NCBI GenBank assembly: GCA_964426185.1
Contig: CAYRPF010000018.1
Span: 5,136-37,135, forward strand
Length of the DNA stretch: 32,000 nucleotides
Reading direction: 5' to 3'
From: an uncultured archaeon
GTDB taxonomy: Archaea > Asgardarchaeota > Lokiarchaeia > Sigyniarchaeales > Promethearchaeaceae
Below, piece by piece: positions 17,967 to 27,420 of the stretch (the first letter of the stretch is position 1; each line of letters starts with the position of its first letter). A program made the translations under genes and the position numbers. Below the pieces are notes generated by a model. The model made no database searches and was not told the origin of the DNA. It saw only the letters and a list, made by a program, of their open reading frames with translations.

Positions 17967-19754
17967 TCAATTGTTTGTAAAATAACCATAGATTTTTTCA
18001 TCAGAAATCTCTTTAATCTTCACATATCCATAACGTTCAAATTGCACAATGTCTCCGATCGACACTTCTTTTAAAAAGCGTGTGGTAAATCCCGTAGTTA
18101 TTTTTCCATCAGGTTGGAGAACTCTCATTTGAATACTTTCTTGTTCAGGAACCACTTGAATCTTGCGAGAATCATGGCTCATTTCTTGTGAATGGTACTT
18201 TACATTTATGGGATCATTGATTTTTTGCACGATTACATTAAACATATCTTTAAATCGGAGAATTTGTCCTACATCCAGTTTGGGATAAATTAGTTTACCT
18301 TTAGCGTTACGGTATTCTTCTAAATCCATTGAAGCCATGTAGACTCGTGCTTGACTTTTGCGAATTGGCAGTTCTATTTTACGTGTTCCTCGTTCTGGAA
18401 AATTGGGGTGTAGAAGTGGTTCAGCAGTGAATTTCTTAAATGGAATCTCGTTAATTACTACAGATCGAGGATCTTCTACAAACCAATATCTATTAGCATG
18501 TTCATCAATAAGTTTGGTATTTTTGGAATAAATCCACTCTTTGTCGAATTCAATTCCGCGATTTGACATTCCTAAATCAAGTAAGGCCTCTCTAACTGCA
18601 GTTGGTTTAATACCTCGTGCTGCTAAAGATTGTAAGCTCCATGTACGAGGATCAGCCCATCCTTCATATTCACCACTATAGACTTTTTGGCGGGCGAGTG
18701 TCTTCGATAACTTAAATTCACCCGAAAAACGAAGTCGCCCATAAAGTTTAATTTCTGGATGTTCCCATCCATATAAATTCCAAATAAATTTCTCAATTTC
18801 TCCTTCTTTCTTCAAATCTATACCGCGAACAATGTGAGTAATTCCTAGAAGATGATCATCTAAACCCCAAGACCATTCTAGCACTGGCCAGAGTCGTACT
18901 TTAGTTCCTATTCGCGGGTGTGGGGCATCAGAAATCCGCATTAAAATATGGTCACGCAGTGCTGGATCTTTTTGATCCATACCTGTTTTCAAACGGACTA
19001 CTGCGCCTTGTTCTGCAATTGAACCGTCTTTCATTTTTTCATACATATCTAAATGATATTCAATTGATTTATTTCTGCAAGGGCATTCTTTGCCTGGACG
19101 TTTATAATCTTCTCGGAAGGTTTTAGGATCACAAGTACAAACATATGCATGTCCTTGTTCTATTAATTTTTCAGCTTCCTTTTGATATATTTCTACTCGA
19201 TCACTTTTATAATACACTTCATGATATTTTATCCCCAACCATTCTAATCCTTCCGGAATAAGATCATAGGCTTCGGGAATAACATATTTTGCTTTAGGAT
19301 CATTAATTTGTGCTAAGGTGGTCCCTATGGTGTCATCAAAAACTAAGAGCAACTTACCGTTATAGCGTTTTACGTATTCATCATTTAAAACTACCATTCT
19401 AGCATTTCCAATATGTAGTGCACCGGATGGGTAAGGAGCTAACCGCATAACAACTTTTCTCGGTTTTGCATTGGGTAAATCTGGTAATACTTTTTCTTCT
19501 CTTTGATGTTTTTCTTCTGGATCTAGTGCGTGGGGATCTAGTTGCAAAACTTTGTTCGTTTGCACTTCAACACTAAGCTGATTTATTTGCTGAACAATTT
19601 CTTGGACGCGTCCTTTGAGAACTTTTCCTTGTGAACGAAGATCAGGCCGATCACGCATTAATTTTCCGATTACGGCTTTGTCGTTTGCAGTTCCATTGAA
19701 ACGGACTGCATTTTTTAAACCCTCTATCCAAATAATTTTATCAATCTCATCCAT
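17967..19754 (-). CDS. gltX: Glutamate-tRNA ligase, archaeal type
   Basis: APYPSGALHIGNAR (HIGH), ITHIVRG, KLSKT, C-terminal QFERYGY. Confidence 0.96.
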   Translation of the reverse strand: MDEIDKIIWIEGLKNAVRFNGTANDKAVIGKLMRDRPDLRSQGKVLKGRVQEIVQQINQLSVEVQTNKVLQLDPHALDPEEKHQREEKVLPDLPNAKPRKVVMRLAPYPSGALHIGNARMVVLNDEYVKRYNGKLLLVFDDTIGTTLAQINDPKAKYVIPEAYDLIPEGLEWLGIKYHEVYYKSDRVEIYQKEAEKLIEQGHAYVCTCDPKTFREDYKRPGKECPCRNKSIEYHLDMYEKMKDGSIAEQGAVVRLKTGMDQKDPALRDHILMRISDAPHPRIGTKVRLWPVLEWSWGLDDHLLGITHIVRGIDLKKEGEIEKFIWNLYGWEHPEIKLYGRLRFSGEFKLSKTLARQKVYSGEYEGWADPRTWSLQSLAARGIKPTAVREALLDLGMSNRGIEFDKEWIYSKNTKLIDEHANRYWFVEDPRSVVINEIPFKKFTAEPLLHPNFPERGTRKIELPIRKSQARVYMASMDLEEYRNAKGKLIYPKLDVGQILRFKDMFNVIVQKINDPINVKYHSQEMSHDSRKIQVVPEQESIQMRVLQPDGKITTGFTTRFLKEVSIGDIVQFERYGYVKIKEISDEKIYGYFTNN

Positions 19755-19869
19755 AAGAAAGTCAATGAAGTATGAATAATGAAATTTTCTGATAGAAGCT
19801 GAACATTAAAGAAGATTGAAAAGGAATTCTTTCTATTACTTAAAGTAGAAAAAAACACGGACGACTTGC

Positions 19870-20967
19870 ATGACTGACAAAAATATTCCAGAAAATAAGA
19901 TTGATTCAGACTATTTTTATTGTGGACGCTGTAATAAACAATTGAGATATAGTGATGACTCTAAATTCTGTGTTAATTGTGGAGTTCCTTTTGTATTTGA
20001 TGTTCATGGTAAAATCCTCGTTGATGATAACAATCATGCATATATTAAACCTGATTTTGAGAATTCTCCTTATGATTCCACAAATCCATCGACTTCTCCT
20101 AATTCAATAAACCCATCAACAATGTTCATTCCTGTTCCTCAAGATATGTATTATGGCCAGCCAAAATGGAAAAAACGCCGAACATGGAATTTGCTTGCAG
20201 GTATATTTCTACCCCTTATTACATATATTTCTATCATTATTGTTAGTGTCATAGTTTTAATCCCCTTTCTTCTGATCTATGGATTTGATTTTTTTTTAAC
20301 TCAATCTTCTTGGTTTGAATTTTTTATCAGTGCCTTCTCTGTGTTTTTTTTTCTCGTGCCCTTGTTTTGGATCCAGCGATATTATCCAGGTAAATTAACC
20401 ATAAAACAGCGGATGATTGAATTAGGATTAGATTTTAAGAAATATTCACGAAAAGAATTATTCCGTGAAATTTTATTAGGCATCTTCTTGGGTTTTTTTG
20501 GAGTAATTGTTGTTTTAGGCTTGCAATGTTTTGCTGGAATTCTGGTCAAATTTTTTTTTGGGATAGATATGGATGTTTTGAGTAGTTCAGATGATTTTTC
20601 ACAGTTTTCTGCCCTAGTTCCTGAAAATTTATGGCAATTGCTTCTATTTGTAGCCACCATGGTTTTTTTTGTTGGTATGCCTGAAGAAGTAATGTTTAGG
20701 GGATTTGTGCAGAGATCTTTTGAGACAAAAATGAAAAAACCTTCCGCCTTAATCTTAACTGCCGTATATTTTGCAATTTACCATATTTATATCTACATTC
20801 TTAATCCTCCACTTTTCATTTACTTAAGCATTGCATATCTTGGCTTATCTATTTACTTGGGGCTTATTCGGAATTGGCGGGGCGATATAATTGCCTCATC
20901 CATAATGCATATGGTTTATAATTCCACCCAGATGATTGTTATCTATCTGATCTTGGTAAATATTTAA
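19870..20967 (+). CDS. CPBP (Abi/Rce1-like) intramembrane protease with N-terminal zinc ribbon
   Basis: EEVMFRG, FAIYH, HMVYN; multiple TMs; CGRC..FCVNCG. Confidence 0.9.
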   Translation: MTDKNIPENKIDSDYFYCGRCNKQLRYSDDSKFCVNCGVPFVFDVHGKILVDDNNHAYIKPDFENSPYDSTNPSTSPNSINPSTMFIPVPQDMYYGQPKWKKRRTWNLLAGIFLPLITYISIIIVSVIVLIPFLLIYGFDFFLTQSSWFEFFISAFSVFFFLVPLFWIQRYYPGKLTIKQRMIELGLDFKKYSRKELFREILLGIFLGFFGVIVVLGLQCFAGILVKFFFGIDMDVLSSSDDFSQFSALVPENLWQLLLFVATMVFFVGMPEEVMFRGFVQRSFETKMKKPSALILTAVYFAIYHIYIYILNPPLFIYLSIAYLGLSIYLGLIRNWRGDIIASSIMHMVYNSTQMIVIYLILVNI

Positions 20968-21968
20968 TGAGGTTCACTGTGATGAACATTAATGGTAACC
21001 AGAATTGGGTTGAATTTTTCCAAAAAAAAGCACTCCAACAAACAAGCACAATATTGATTGGTATTTCAGAAGATGCTTCGTTTTATCAGCGATTAAGACC
21101 AATAATGCTAAAATTTCTTATTAACAGCAATTTATCCTTTGTTTTAGTAGGAAAAAATCCCATGAAATTCCATTCTTCTTCTAATTTTTCTTCGTTTCAA
21201 AACCGAGTTGAAACCATAACAGATCCAAAACCCGAGCAAAGAATGGCATCTCTAATATTTAACCAGTCAAATCTTCGAACAGATCATTATCAGATAATAA
21301 CAAAACCTATTGTTGTAATCCGAGGTGCATTGAGTTCTTCAAAATTTCTTGCTGCTATTAAAAATGAGATTAGGAAAGTGCCTCCATATCAAAAAATTGA
21401 TGGTATTCCACTCCAAACAATTTCACGTTTGGCATTATTGGAGACCGCAGAAAATTTTCAATTCTTTTTTGGTGGAGTTGGCATTGATGAAGTAAATTCA
21501 TTTGAAAGTAAACGGAAAATGATTGGATTGAGTCGTCTTTTTTTTGAAAGGCTTAAACATCCGCTACATATCGGTTTATTAAGTGGAGGCAGGCTTTCGG
21601 ATGAAGGTCGGGATGCAATTGTGGATCAGAGTCTTTCTGAAGCAAAAAGATTGGAAAAAGTATTTACCGAGATGTGGAAGAAAAATCCTCCAGATATTCC
21701 ATGTTCAATTTCACATTATGAAATTTTAATTGAACAAGCTATTTCCCATAATGTTGATCTTTTAATTGCACCTAATGGCATATCCGGGAATCTTATCTAT
21801 CGAACTTTGGTTCATTTAGGAAAGGGGCGATCCTTTGGAGCCGTATATTTGAATTTATTTTTGCATTTTAATCGAATTGTCATTGATTGTTCTAGAGTGG
21901 CACCCTCTTTTGAAATTGAAGGTGCGATTGGATTAGCTGCCGGCTTAGTCCCCTTTATGTTGCTTTGA
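20967..21968 (+). CDS. mtxX: MtxX / methanogenesis marker protein 4 family protein
   Basis: IRGAL, GIDE, LSGGRLSDEGR, YEILIEQA, APNGISGNLIYRTL, DCSR. Confidence 0.8.
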   Translation: MRFTVMNINGNQNWVEFFQKKALQQTSTILIGISEDASFYQRLRPIMLKFLINSNLSFVLVGKNPMKFHSSSNFSSFQNRVETITDPKPEQRMASLIFNQSNLRTDHYQIITKPIVVIRGALSSSKFLAAIKNEIRKVPPYQKIDGIPLQTISRLALLETAENFQFFFGGVGIDEVNSFESKRKMIGLSRLFFERLKHPLHIGLLSGGRLSDEGRDAIVDQSLSEAKRLEKVFTEMWKKNPPDIPCSISHYEILIEQAISHNVDLLIAPNGISGNLIYRTLVHLGKGRSFGAVYLNLFLHFNRIVIDCSRVAPSFEIEGAIGLAAGLVPFMLL

Positions 21969-22026
21969 ATTTACCCAACCATAAAATTTTAATATATTTC
22001 TTAAGGAGTTGGGAACTACCTAGATT

Positions 22027-22380
22027 ATGTCTCGATCTCTACCGAATATAAAATATCAAATTAAACTTTGGGTAAATGAGCAACGCATTCCTATGAAACC
22101 TTATATCAGCAATACTCTGGGTAATATATGTATGGCATTTTTGAGTGAATTAAAAGGATATAAGCCCGAATTATTAACTCAAATCCAAATAATGCCCCTC
22201 AAGTTTGAATTCGAATCAGTTAAAGTCCAAGTGGGTGATCAGAGTCTTGAATTGAAGGATTTTGTCCAAAAACAAATGAGTGCTGTAATTTCTGCATTTA
22301 TATCTGTTTTGGATAAAATTCCTGTCCCATTTGACGAATTGAAGAAAGTAGAAATCCGAATAACCTTACAAAAAAAATAG
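22027..22380 (+). CDS. Hypothetical protein, internally duplicated MobB C-terminal-like module
   Basis: Two similar halves: LWVNEQRIPMKPYI..ICMAFLSELKG and VQVGDQSLELKDFV..VISAFISVLDK. Confidence 0.55.
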   Translation: MSRSLPNIKYQIKLWVNEQRIPMKPYISNTLGNICMAFLSELKGYKPELLTQIQIMPLKFEFESVKVQVGDQSLELKDFVQKQMSAVISAFISVLDKIPVPFDELKKVEIRITLQKK

Positions 22381-22393
22381 TAGGTTAATTTTC

Positions 22394-23296
22394 TTGAATG
22401 AGCAAAAGTTGAAGCACATCGGTTTTAACTATCGGTACCTCATCATAATTTGGTATATTGGGACAAATTTTGCTGGCTCACAACGTCAGCCACAGAAACG
22501 AACGGTTGAAGGTTGTCTAATTAGTTCTTTAAAGAAAACTAATTATATTGAAGATGCACAAACCAACTTATTTCGCGCCGGAATGAGAACGGATAAAGGC
22601 GTTCATGCACGGGAAGCAGCTTTTGCCTTTTCAACCAATAAAAAAATGATTCCCCGTTTATTAGATTCTGATTTACCCACCGATATCGGATTAATTAGAT
22701 TCGCAGAAGTTTCTGAACATTTTCATCCCAGATGGAATTGTCTTGAAAAAGAATATCAATATTTTTTACCAGTACCTCAGAAAGAACTAAAGAGCCTAAA
22801 TTTGGAAAATATTCGAAAAATTCTAAAGCTTATTGCAGGTAGACATGATTTTCGTCATTTTTCAAAAACCGACCACACAAAGCCCAATCAAAATACCGTT
22901 ATTACGCTTAAATCTTGTTCCATTTTTGAACAACCTCATGGATTATTGTTCTCATTTACAGCGCAAGCATTTCTTTGGGAGCAAATCAGACGAACCGTCC
23001 AATTTCTATATCAAATTGGAAAAGAAACGCGCACGGTGGATGATTTGACTCGACTATTAACATCTCCATCAGATCCAGAGAACAATCATAGAATTCACCG
23101 TGAAAAACCACTACCTGCAACCGGTCTCACTTTATATCGCGTTCAATTCTCCACTGAGATCAAATTCCAAGAGTATCAAGCTAAATTATATCATAAAAGG
23201 AAATTTTTTCAAGAAAACTTGATATTTTATCAGCAAAATACCTACTGGCTCGAAAAATTTAAAAAAAATCTTTTCCAAGGTCTTAAAGATCAATAA
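22394..23296 (+). CDS. truA: tRNA pseudouridine synthase A
   Basis: YIGTNFAGSQRQP, RTDKGVHA, GRHDF, AFLWEQIRR, GLTL; TTG start. Confidence 0.93.
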   Translation: MNEQKLKHIGFNYRYLIIIWYIGTNFAGSQRQPQKRTVEGCLISSLKKTNYIEDAQTNLFRAGMRTDKGVHAREAAFAFSTNKKMIPRLLDSDLPTDIGLIRFAEVSEHFHPRWNCLEKEYQYFLPVPQKELKSLNLENIRKILKLIAGRHDFRHFSKTDHTKPNQNTVITLKSCSIFEQPHGLLFSFTAQAFLWEQIRRTVQFLYQIGKETRTVDDLTRLLTSPSDPENNHRIHREKPLPATGLTLYRVQFSTEIKFQEYQAKLYHKRKFFQENLIFYQQNTYWLEKFKKNLFQGLKDQ

Positions 23297-24254
23297 TTGC
23301 CAGCTTTGCAAGCATAGCATTTAATTGAATCTCCTCAGTCGCCCCTTGAGATAACCTAAATTCGAATTCTGCCAGTAATTTTAAAATATCCACCTTAGCC
23401 CGTTCAGAAATATCCAAATTAAAAACTTCTTGGTGGCACTGCTTGATAATATTTCTGCCAGAAAGCCCATATTGTTTAAATAATACATCTAATTTCCTAC
23501 GCGCCACCGTATATTCGCCCGCAAGTGCGGCTTTCAGTAAATGCTGGATCTCTTGAGGATTGATCTTGCCGGTAATGCGATATATGATTTCTTCTGTAAT
23601 TTTTTCACCTAAACTGGCCGCTGCTTGCAAATAGTTGACCGCCCGTCTGAGATCGCCGTTAACCACATAAATTAAGGCCTCAATTGCTTCGGGCTCAATT
23701 TGAACGTTCTCACCTTTTGCGATATATTCAACCCTTTCCACTATCTCTTCTTTTGAGAGTGGGGCAAATCTAAACATGCTGGTTCTGCTTTGAATGGGAA
23801 GAATGATCTTATTGGAATAATTACAGATCAAGATAAAACGGCAGTTTTGTGTATATTTTTCCATGGTTCGCCGCAAAGCTTGTTGAGCATCTGGTGTGGT
23901 CGAATCTGCTTCATCCAATACTAATATTTTAAAGGGAACTCCTTCAGGAGGTTGAGTTTTTGCAAAATCTTTCACATCTGTGCGTATTACACCTATTCCT
24001 CTCGCATCACTGGCATTCAATTCTAAATAAGTGGAATTTCGCTTCATTTTTGAGCCAAAAATATCACGTATTAGCGCTAATGCACAAGTTGTTTTACCTG
24101 TTCCAGCAGGTCCCGCAAACATCAAATGTGGCATTGATTTCCCTGAAGGACCAGTAAATACTTGTAATCTCTTTACAATTTCGGTTTGACCAACCACATC
24201 TCTTAAATGTCGTGGACGATATTTCTCCACCCATGGTTCCTGATTTATCGTCAT
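23283..24254 (-). CDS. rfcS: Replication factor C small subunit
   Basis: PWVEKYRP, GPAGTGKT, ELNASD, LDEAD, ALRRTME, QSR; no intein. Confidence 0.97.
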   Translation of the reverse strand: MTINQEPWVEKYRPRHLRDVVGQTEIVKRLQVFTGPSGKSMPHLMFAGPAGTGKTTCALALIRDIFGSKMKRNSTYLELNASDARGIGVIRTDVKDFAKTQPPEGVPFKILVLDEADSTTPDAQQALRRTMEKYTQNCRFILICNYSNKIILPIQSRTSMFRFAPLSKEEIVERVEYIAKGENVQIEPEAIEALIYVVNGDLRRAVNYLQAAASLGEKITEEIIYRITGKINPQEIQHLLKAALAGEYTVARRKLDVLFKQYGLSGRNIIKQCHQEVFNLDISERAKVDILKLLAEFEFRLSQGATEEIQLNAMLAKLAIIDL

Positions 24255-24594
24255 GTTATTTTTTCCTGAATGAGCGATTAAGTGATTAAAATTGGAGGTG
24301 ATTCCATTAAAATTTAAGTACTGTTGATTTAATAAAAATTATTTCTTAGTTTGAGCTAATAACCTATAAAATATTAATTATTCCCAAATTTGCAAAATGT
24401 TTAGGAAATGTTAAAACTTCTTTATCAAGATTAATTTTTACAAATTGGTAAGTTTTGTTTCCCGTTTTGCTTTATTTTATCTGAAACATTACCGGGAAGT
24501 ATAAAAAACTAAATAAAGATCGATACATTTATAAGATTGTATAGTTCAAATATATTGTTAAGTAACTTATTAATCATAAGTGAGTTTTCCTTTT

Positions 24595-25152
24595 ATGAGC
24601 ACCATTACGAAATTAGATGATATCGATAAAGCCATCATTAATATGCTCCAAAAAGATCCATCTATTACACATTCTCAAATAGCTAAAAAGTTGGATCGAA
24701 GCCAACCTGCCATCGGAGCTAGAATTAAAAAATTAAATGAAAATGGGATTTTAGCCACTCAAATTGGTGTGGATTTTTCTAATCCCGATGTAAATTCAGT
24801 ATTAAATTTGGTAAAAGTTGAGCTAACCACCTCTAACCCAGAAGATGTTTTTGCTCTTTCTAAAGTCTGCCCTTATATTATTAATGCCTTGAAAACTAGC
24901 GGAGAATATAATGTTTTGATGTTCATGGCATGTTCTAGTCTAAAAAGATTGGATACCATATTGGATAGACATTTCAGAAATAAGGAATATGTGAGAAAAA
25001 TTCAAATGGATTTAATCACAAGTTATGCTCATCCCTTTATTCTTCCAGTGGATTTCATGTCTGAAAATTTTGAAAATCCTGATGATCCTTGTAAAATTAC
25101 AACATGTCCTTACTGTGAAACTTTGCTTTCCAAAGAAAAAGACAAGAAGTGA
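24595..25152 (+). CDS. Lrp/AsnC family transcriptional regulator with Cys-rich tail
   Basis: LDDIDKAII HTH, RAM-like domain (TSGEYN), tail CKITTCPYC; ATG 24595. Confidence 0.88.
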   Translation: MSTITKLDDIDKAIINMLQKDPSITHSQIAKKLDRSQPAIGARIKKLNENGILATQIGVDFSNPDVNSVLNLVKVELTTSNPEDVFALSKVCPYIINALKTSGEYNVLMFMACSSLKRLDTILDRHFRNKEYVRKIQMDLITSYAHPFILPVDFMSENFENPDDPCKITTCPYCETLLSKEKDKK

Positions 25153-25300
25153 AAATTTGAAATTTAAAAGAATCCAACCTTATATATTTATGAAAAATAA
25201 AAGATTTATGGTTGATTATATCTATTTTAAAGGATTAGAGTTATATTAATCTGCTAAATTGTATAATTATAAAGCATTAGAATTTTGGATTGGTAATATA

Positions 25301-25846
25301 ATGAAATATGATGATATTTTAGAAATTGATGAAACAGACAAAGAAATAATATCGATCTTACAAAAAAATCCTGACACAACTCATTCGGTTATTGCAGAAA
25401 AGGTTCACAAATCGCAACCGGCGGTTGGGGCACGAATTATTAAATTGAAGAGAAAATTCCTTTTAACCGAAACAATTGGTGCCAATTTTAAGAAATTAGA
25501 CTTAAAATTAGCTCGGGTCGAAATTTCTGCTAAAAATGTTGAAGAATTATGGAACAAATTTGAAAAATGCCCCTATGTGATTAATTGCTTTAAAATGACA
25601 GGTATTTTTAATTTGATGATCGAATTAGTGGCTCCAAATGTCAGAACAATTGATAATTTCGTTGATACATGCCTTCGCAAGGATCCTATAATAAAAGATA
25701 TTCGGGTGAATTTTGTGATCGACTCATTGCGGCAGTATGTAATTCCTTTAAACTTTGAAATTGAAAAGTATGAAGAACATGGTTGTAATTTTGAATGTGG
25801 TGGGAAATTGTATAAAAAAGATCTGAATGAACTGTTAAACTCATAA
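25301..25846 (+). CDS. Lrp/AsnC family transcriptional regulator (paralogue)
   Basis: IDETDKEII HTH, SQPAVGARI, MTGIFN, tail CNFEC; ATG 25301. Confidence 0.88.
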   Translation: MKYDDILEIDETDKEIISILQKNPDTTHSVIAEKVHKSQPAVGARIIKLKRKFLLTETIGANFKKLDLKLARVEISAKNVEELWNKFEKCPYVINCFKMTGIFNLMIELVAPNVRTIDNFVDTCLRKDPIIKDIRVNFVIDSLRQYVIPLNFEIEKYEEHGCNFECGGKLYKKDLNELLNS

Positions 25847-25900
25847 ATAACTTTTTTATTGATTTCAATTGAGTATGGAAAACAATCATTTATATATTCA

Positions 25901-27346
25901 TCAGAACTTGGGGAATACATAAATAATGAATGCAAGATATGCGATTCCCAATAGAATATGGAATAATGCAAATAAACCTCCAATTTTTACAAGCCTTTTA
26001 TAATTTACATCATCCACATGGTAGTAGGTGGAAAGTTCTAAGGTCATCATATCGGCGGCAGATCCTTGAGGTAGGAAATTTCCTCCCAAGTTTATTCCCA
26101 AAACAAAAGCTATCAAAATTGGTGTAGCTGAAAAACCAGTTTCACTGATAAGAATACGAATTATGGGAAGAAAAATAATGGTTACAGGGGCATTATCTAG
26201 AAATCCCGAAAGTAAAGATGAGAAAAATAATACAACTAAGGAAGTAAGAAAAATGTTATTTACTACTAGCTTCTCTATTAAATCTTCTAATAATGCAACC
26301 GTTCCATTGAATTCCATTAAGAATACTAATATAAAAAGGCACATAAAGAAATAAATTAATTTATAATCCACTTTTCGTAAGTATTTTGATAGAGATGGAC
26401 GAAATTTTCCTTTTTTATCTTTTTGCACATTAAGAAAAATAAAAATTAGCATACTCAGCAAACCTGCTACATGTATTTGTGGGATAAATAACAAAAGAAT
26501 AATAAAAATTACCAATCCAACGCTATTTTTAATCAAGGAATTCCGCTTTAACACCTTTTCATTCAAATTGCCTTCTATAGCTTCTAAAGAAATCGGGGGG
26601 GAAAGGTGAACGGGAAAATTTTCTTTTTCTTCTTGCATTTGAGTTAATTCAGAAATATTTTTGGGTAGTTCATTAAATTCGTCTATTTCTTCACTTTTTG
26701 GGATCCATTTTTGATCAATTGATTTTCGTAAAACAAAGAAATCCAACAAAACTAAAGTTAATAATATGGTAAAAATGAAGTACATCCCGAAATTTAATAA
26801 AAAGAATCGAAAAGATAGCTGAAATTCATGAGCAATCATAATATTTTCTGCAGATCCAAATGGCGTGAGTGTTGATGCTAAATTTATACAAATTGTCATA
26901 CCGTAAAGAAAAGGTGCAGGATTTGTTTTTAATTCTTGACATGTAAGGATTATAATGGGAATAAAAATGATGGCAATAGATAGATCTTCAAGAATAGATG
27001 CTAAAAGAGTAGATATAATGCACAATATGTAAAACATTATTCTAATATTTTTGCGAAATCGTTTTATGATAAATTGTGCTATTGCATAAAAAATATGAGC
27101 TTCATTGAGAATCTCCACAATTGTAAACATGGAAATCAAGAAAAGAATAACTTGCCAATCGATTCCACCAATATAATCTTCCAATGTAGGTGGATTTTCC
27201 ATATCAAACGACGTAATTATGGTAGATATCATTAAAAATAGCACAGAAAACGTCAAGTAATCCTGCTCATCGAAGAATAATACAAAGATTAGCGCCACAA
27301 AACATATTAAAACGGTGATTTGAGATAATGGATGAAGAAAGGGCAT
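25901..27346 (-). CDS. ArsB/NhaD/SLC13 superfamily anion permease (P-protein-like)
   Basis: Many TMs; IDWQVILFL, LTPFGSAEN, SGFLDNAP, NLGGNFLPQGS. Confidence 0.88.
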   Translation of the reverse strand: MPFLHPLSQITVLICFVALIFVLFFDEQDYLTFSVLFLMISTIITSFDMENPPTLEDYIGGIDWQVILFLISMFTIVEILNEAHIFYAIAQFIIKRFRKNIRIMFYILCIISTLLASILEDLSIAIIFIPIIILTCQELKTNPAPFLYGMTICINLASTLTPFGSAENIMIAHEFQLSFRFFLLNFGMYFIFTILLTLVLLDFFVLRKSIDQKWIPKSEEIDEFNELPKNISELTQMQEEKENFPVHLSPPISLEAIEGNLNEKVLKRNSLIKNSVGLVIFIILLLFIPQIHVAGLLSMLIFIFLNVQKDKKGKFRPSLSKYLRKVDYKLIYFFMCLFILVFLMEFNGTVALLEDLIEKLVVNNIFLTSLVVLFFSSLLSGFLDNAPVTIIFLPIIRILISETGFSATPILIAFVLGINLGGNFLPQGSAADMMTLELSTYYHVDDVNYKRLVKIGGLFALFHILLGIAYLAFIIYVFPKF

Positions 27347-27420
27347 AAATATTAAAAATTTTTGAGCTAATTAATATTATTGGCTTTACTTTCAAAGCAT
27401 AATCGGGGCATAATTAATTC

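Noticed and set aside
12953-20967. CPBP protease as CAAX processor of the small GTPase
   Set aside because: GTPase ends ERHLQ with no CAAX motif; genes are 6 kb apart.
23283-24254. Intein in rfcS; SRC to SRT change
   Set aside because: Normal 323-aa length; arginine finger retained, so a minor variant.
12260-25152. Selenocysteine or pyrrolysine readthrough at TGA/TAG stops
   Set aside because: Recognisable ORFs ending in these codons appear full length for their families; no convincing SECIS seen.
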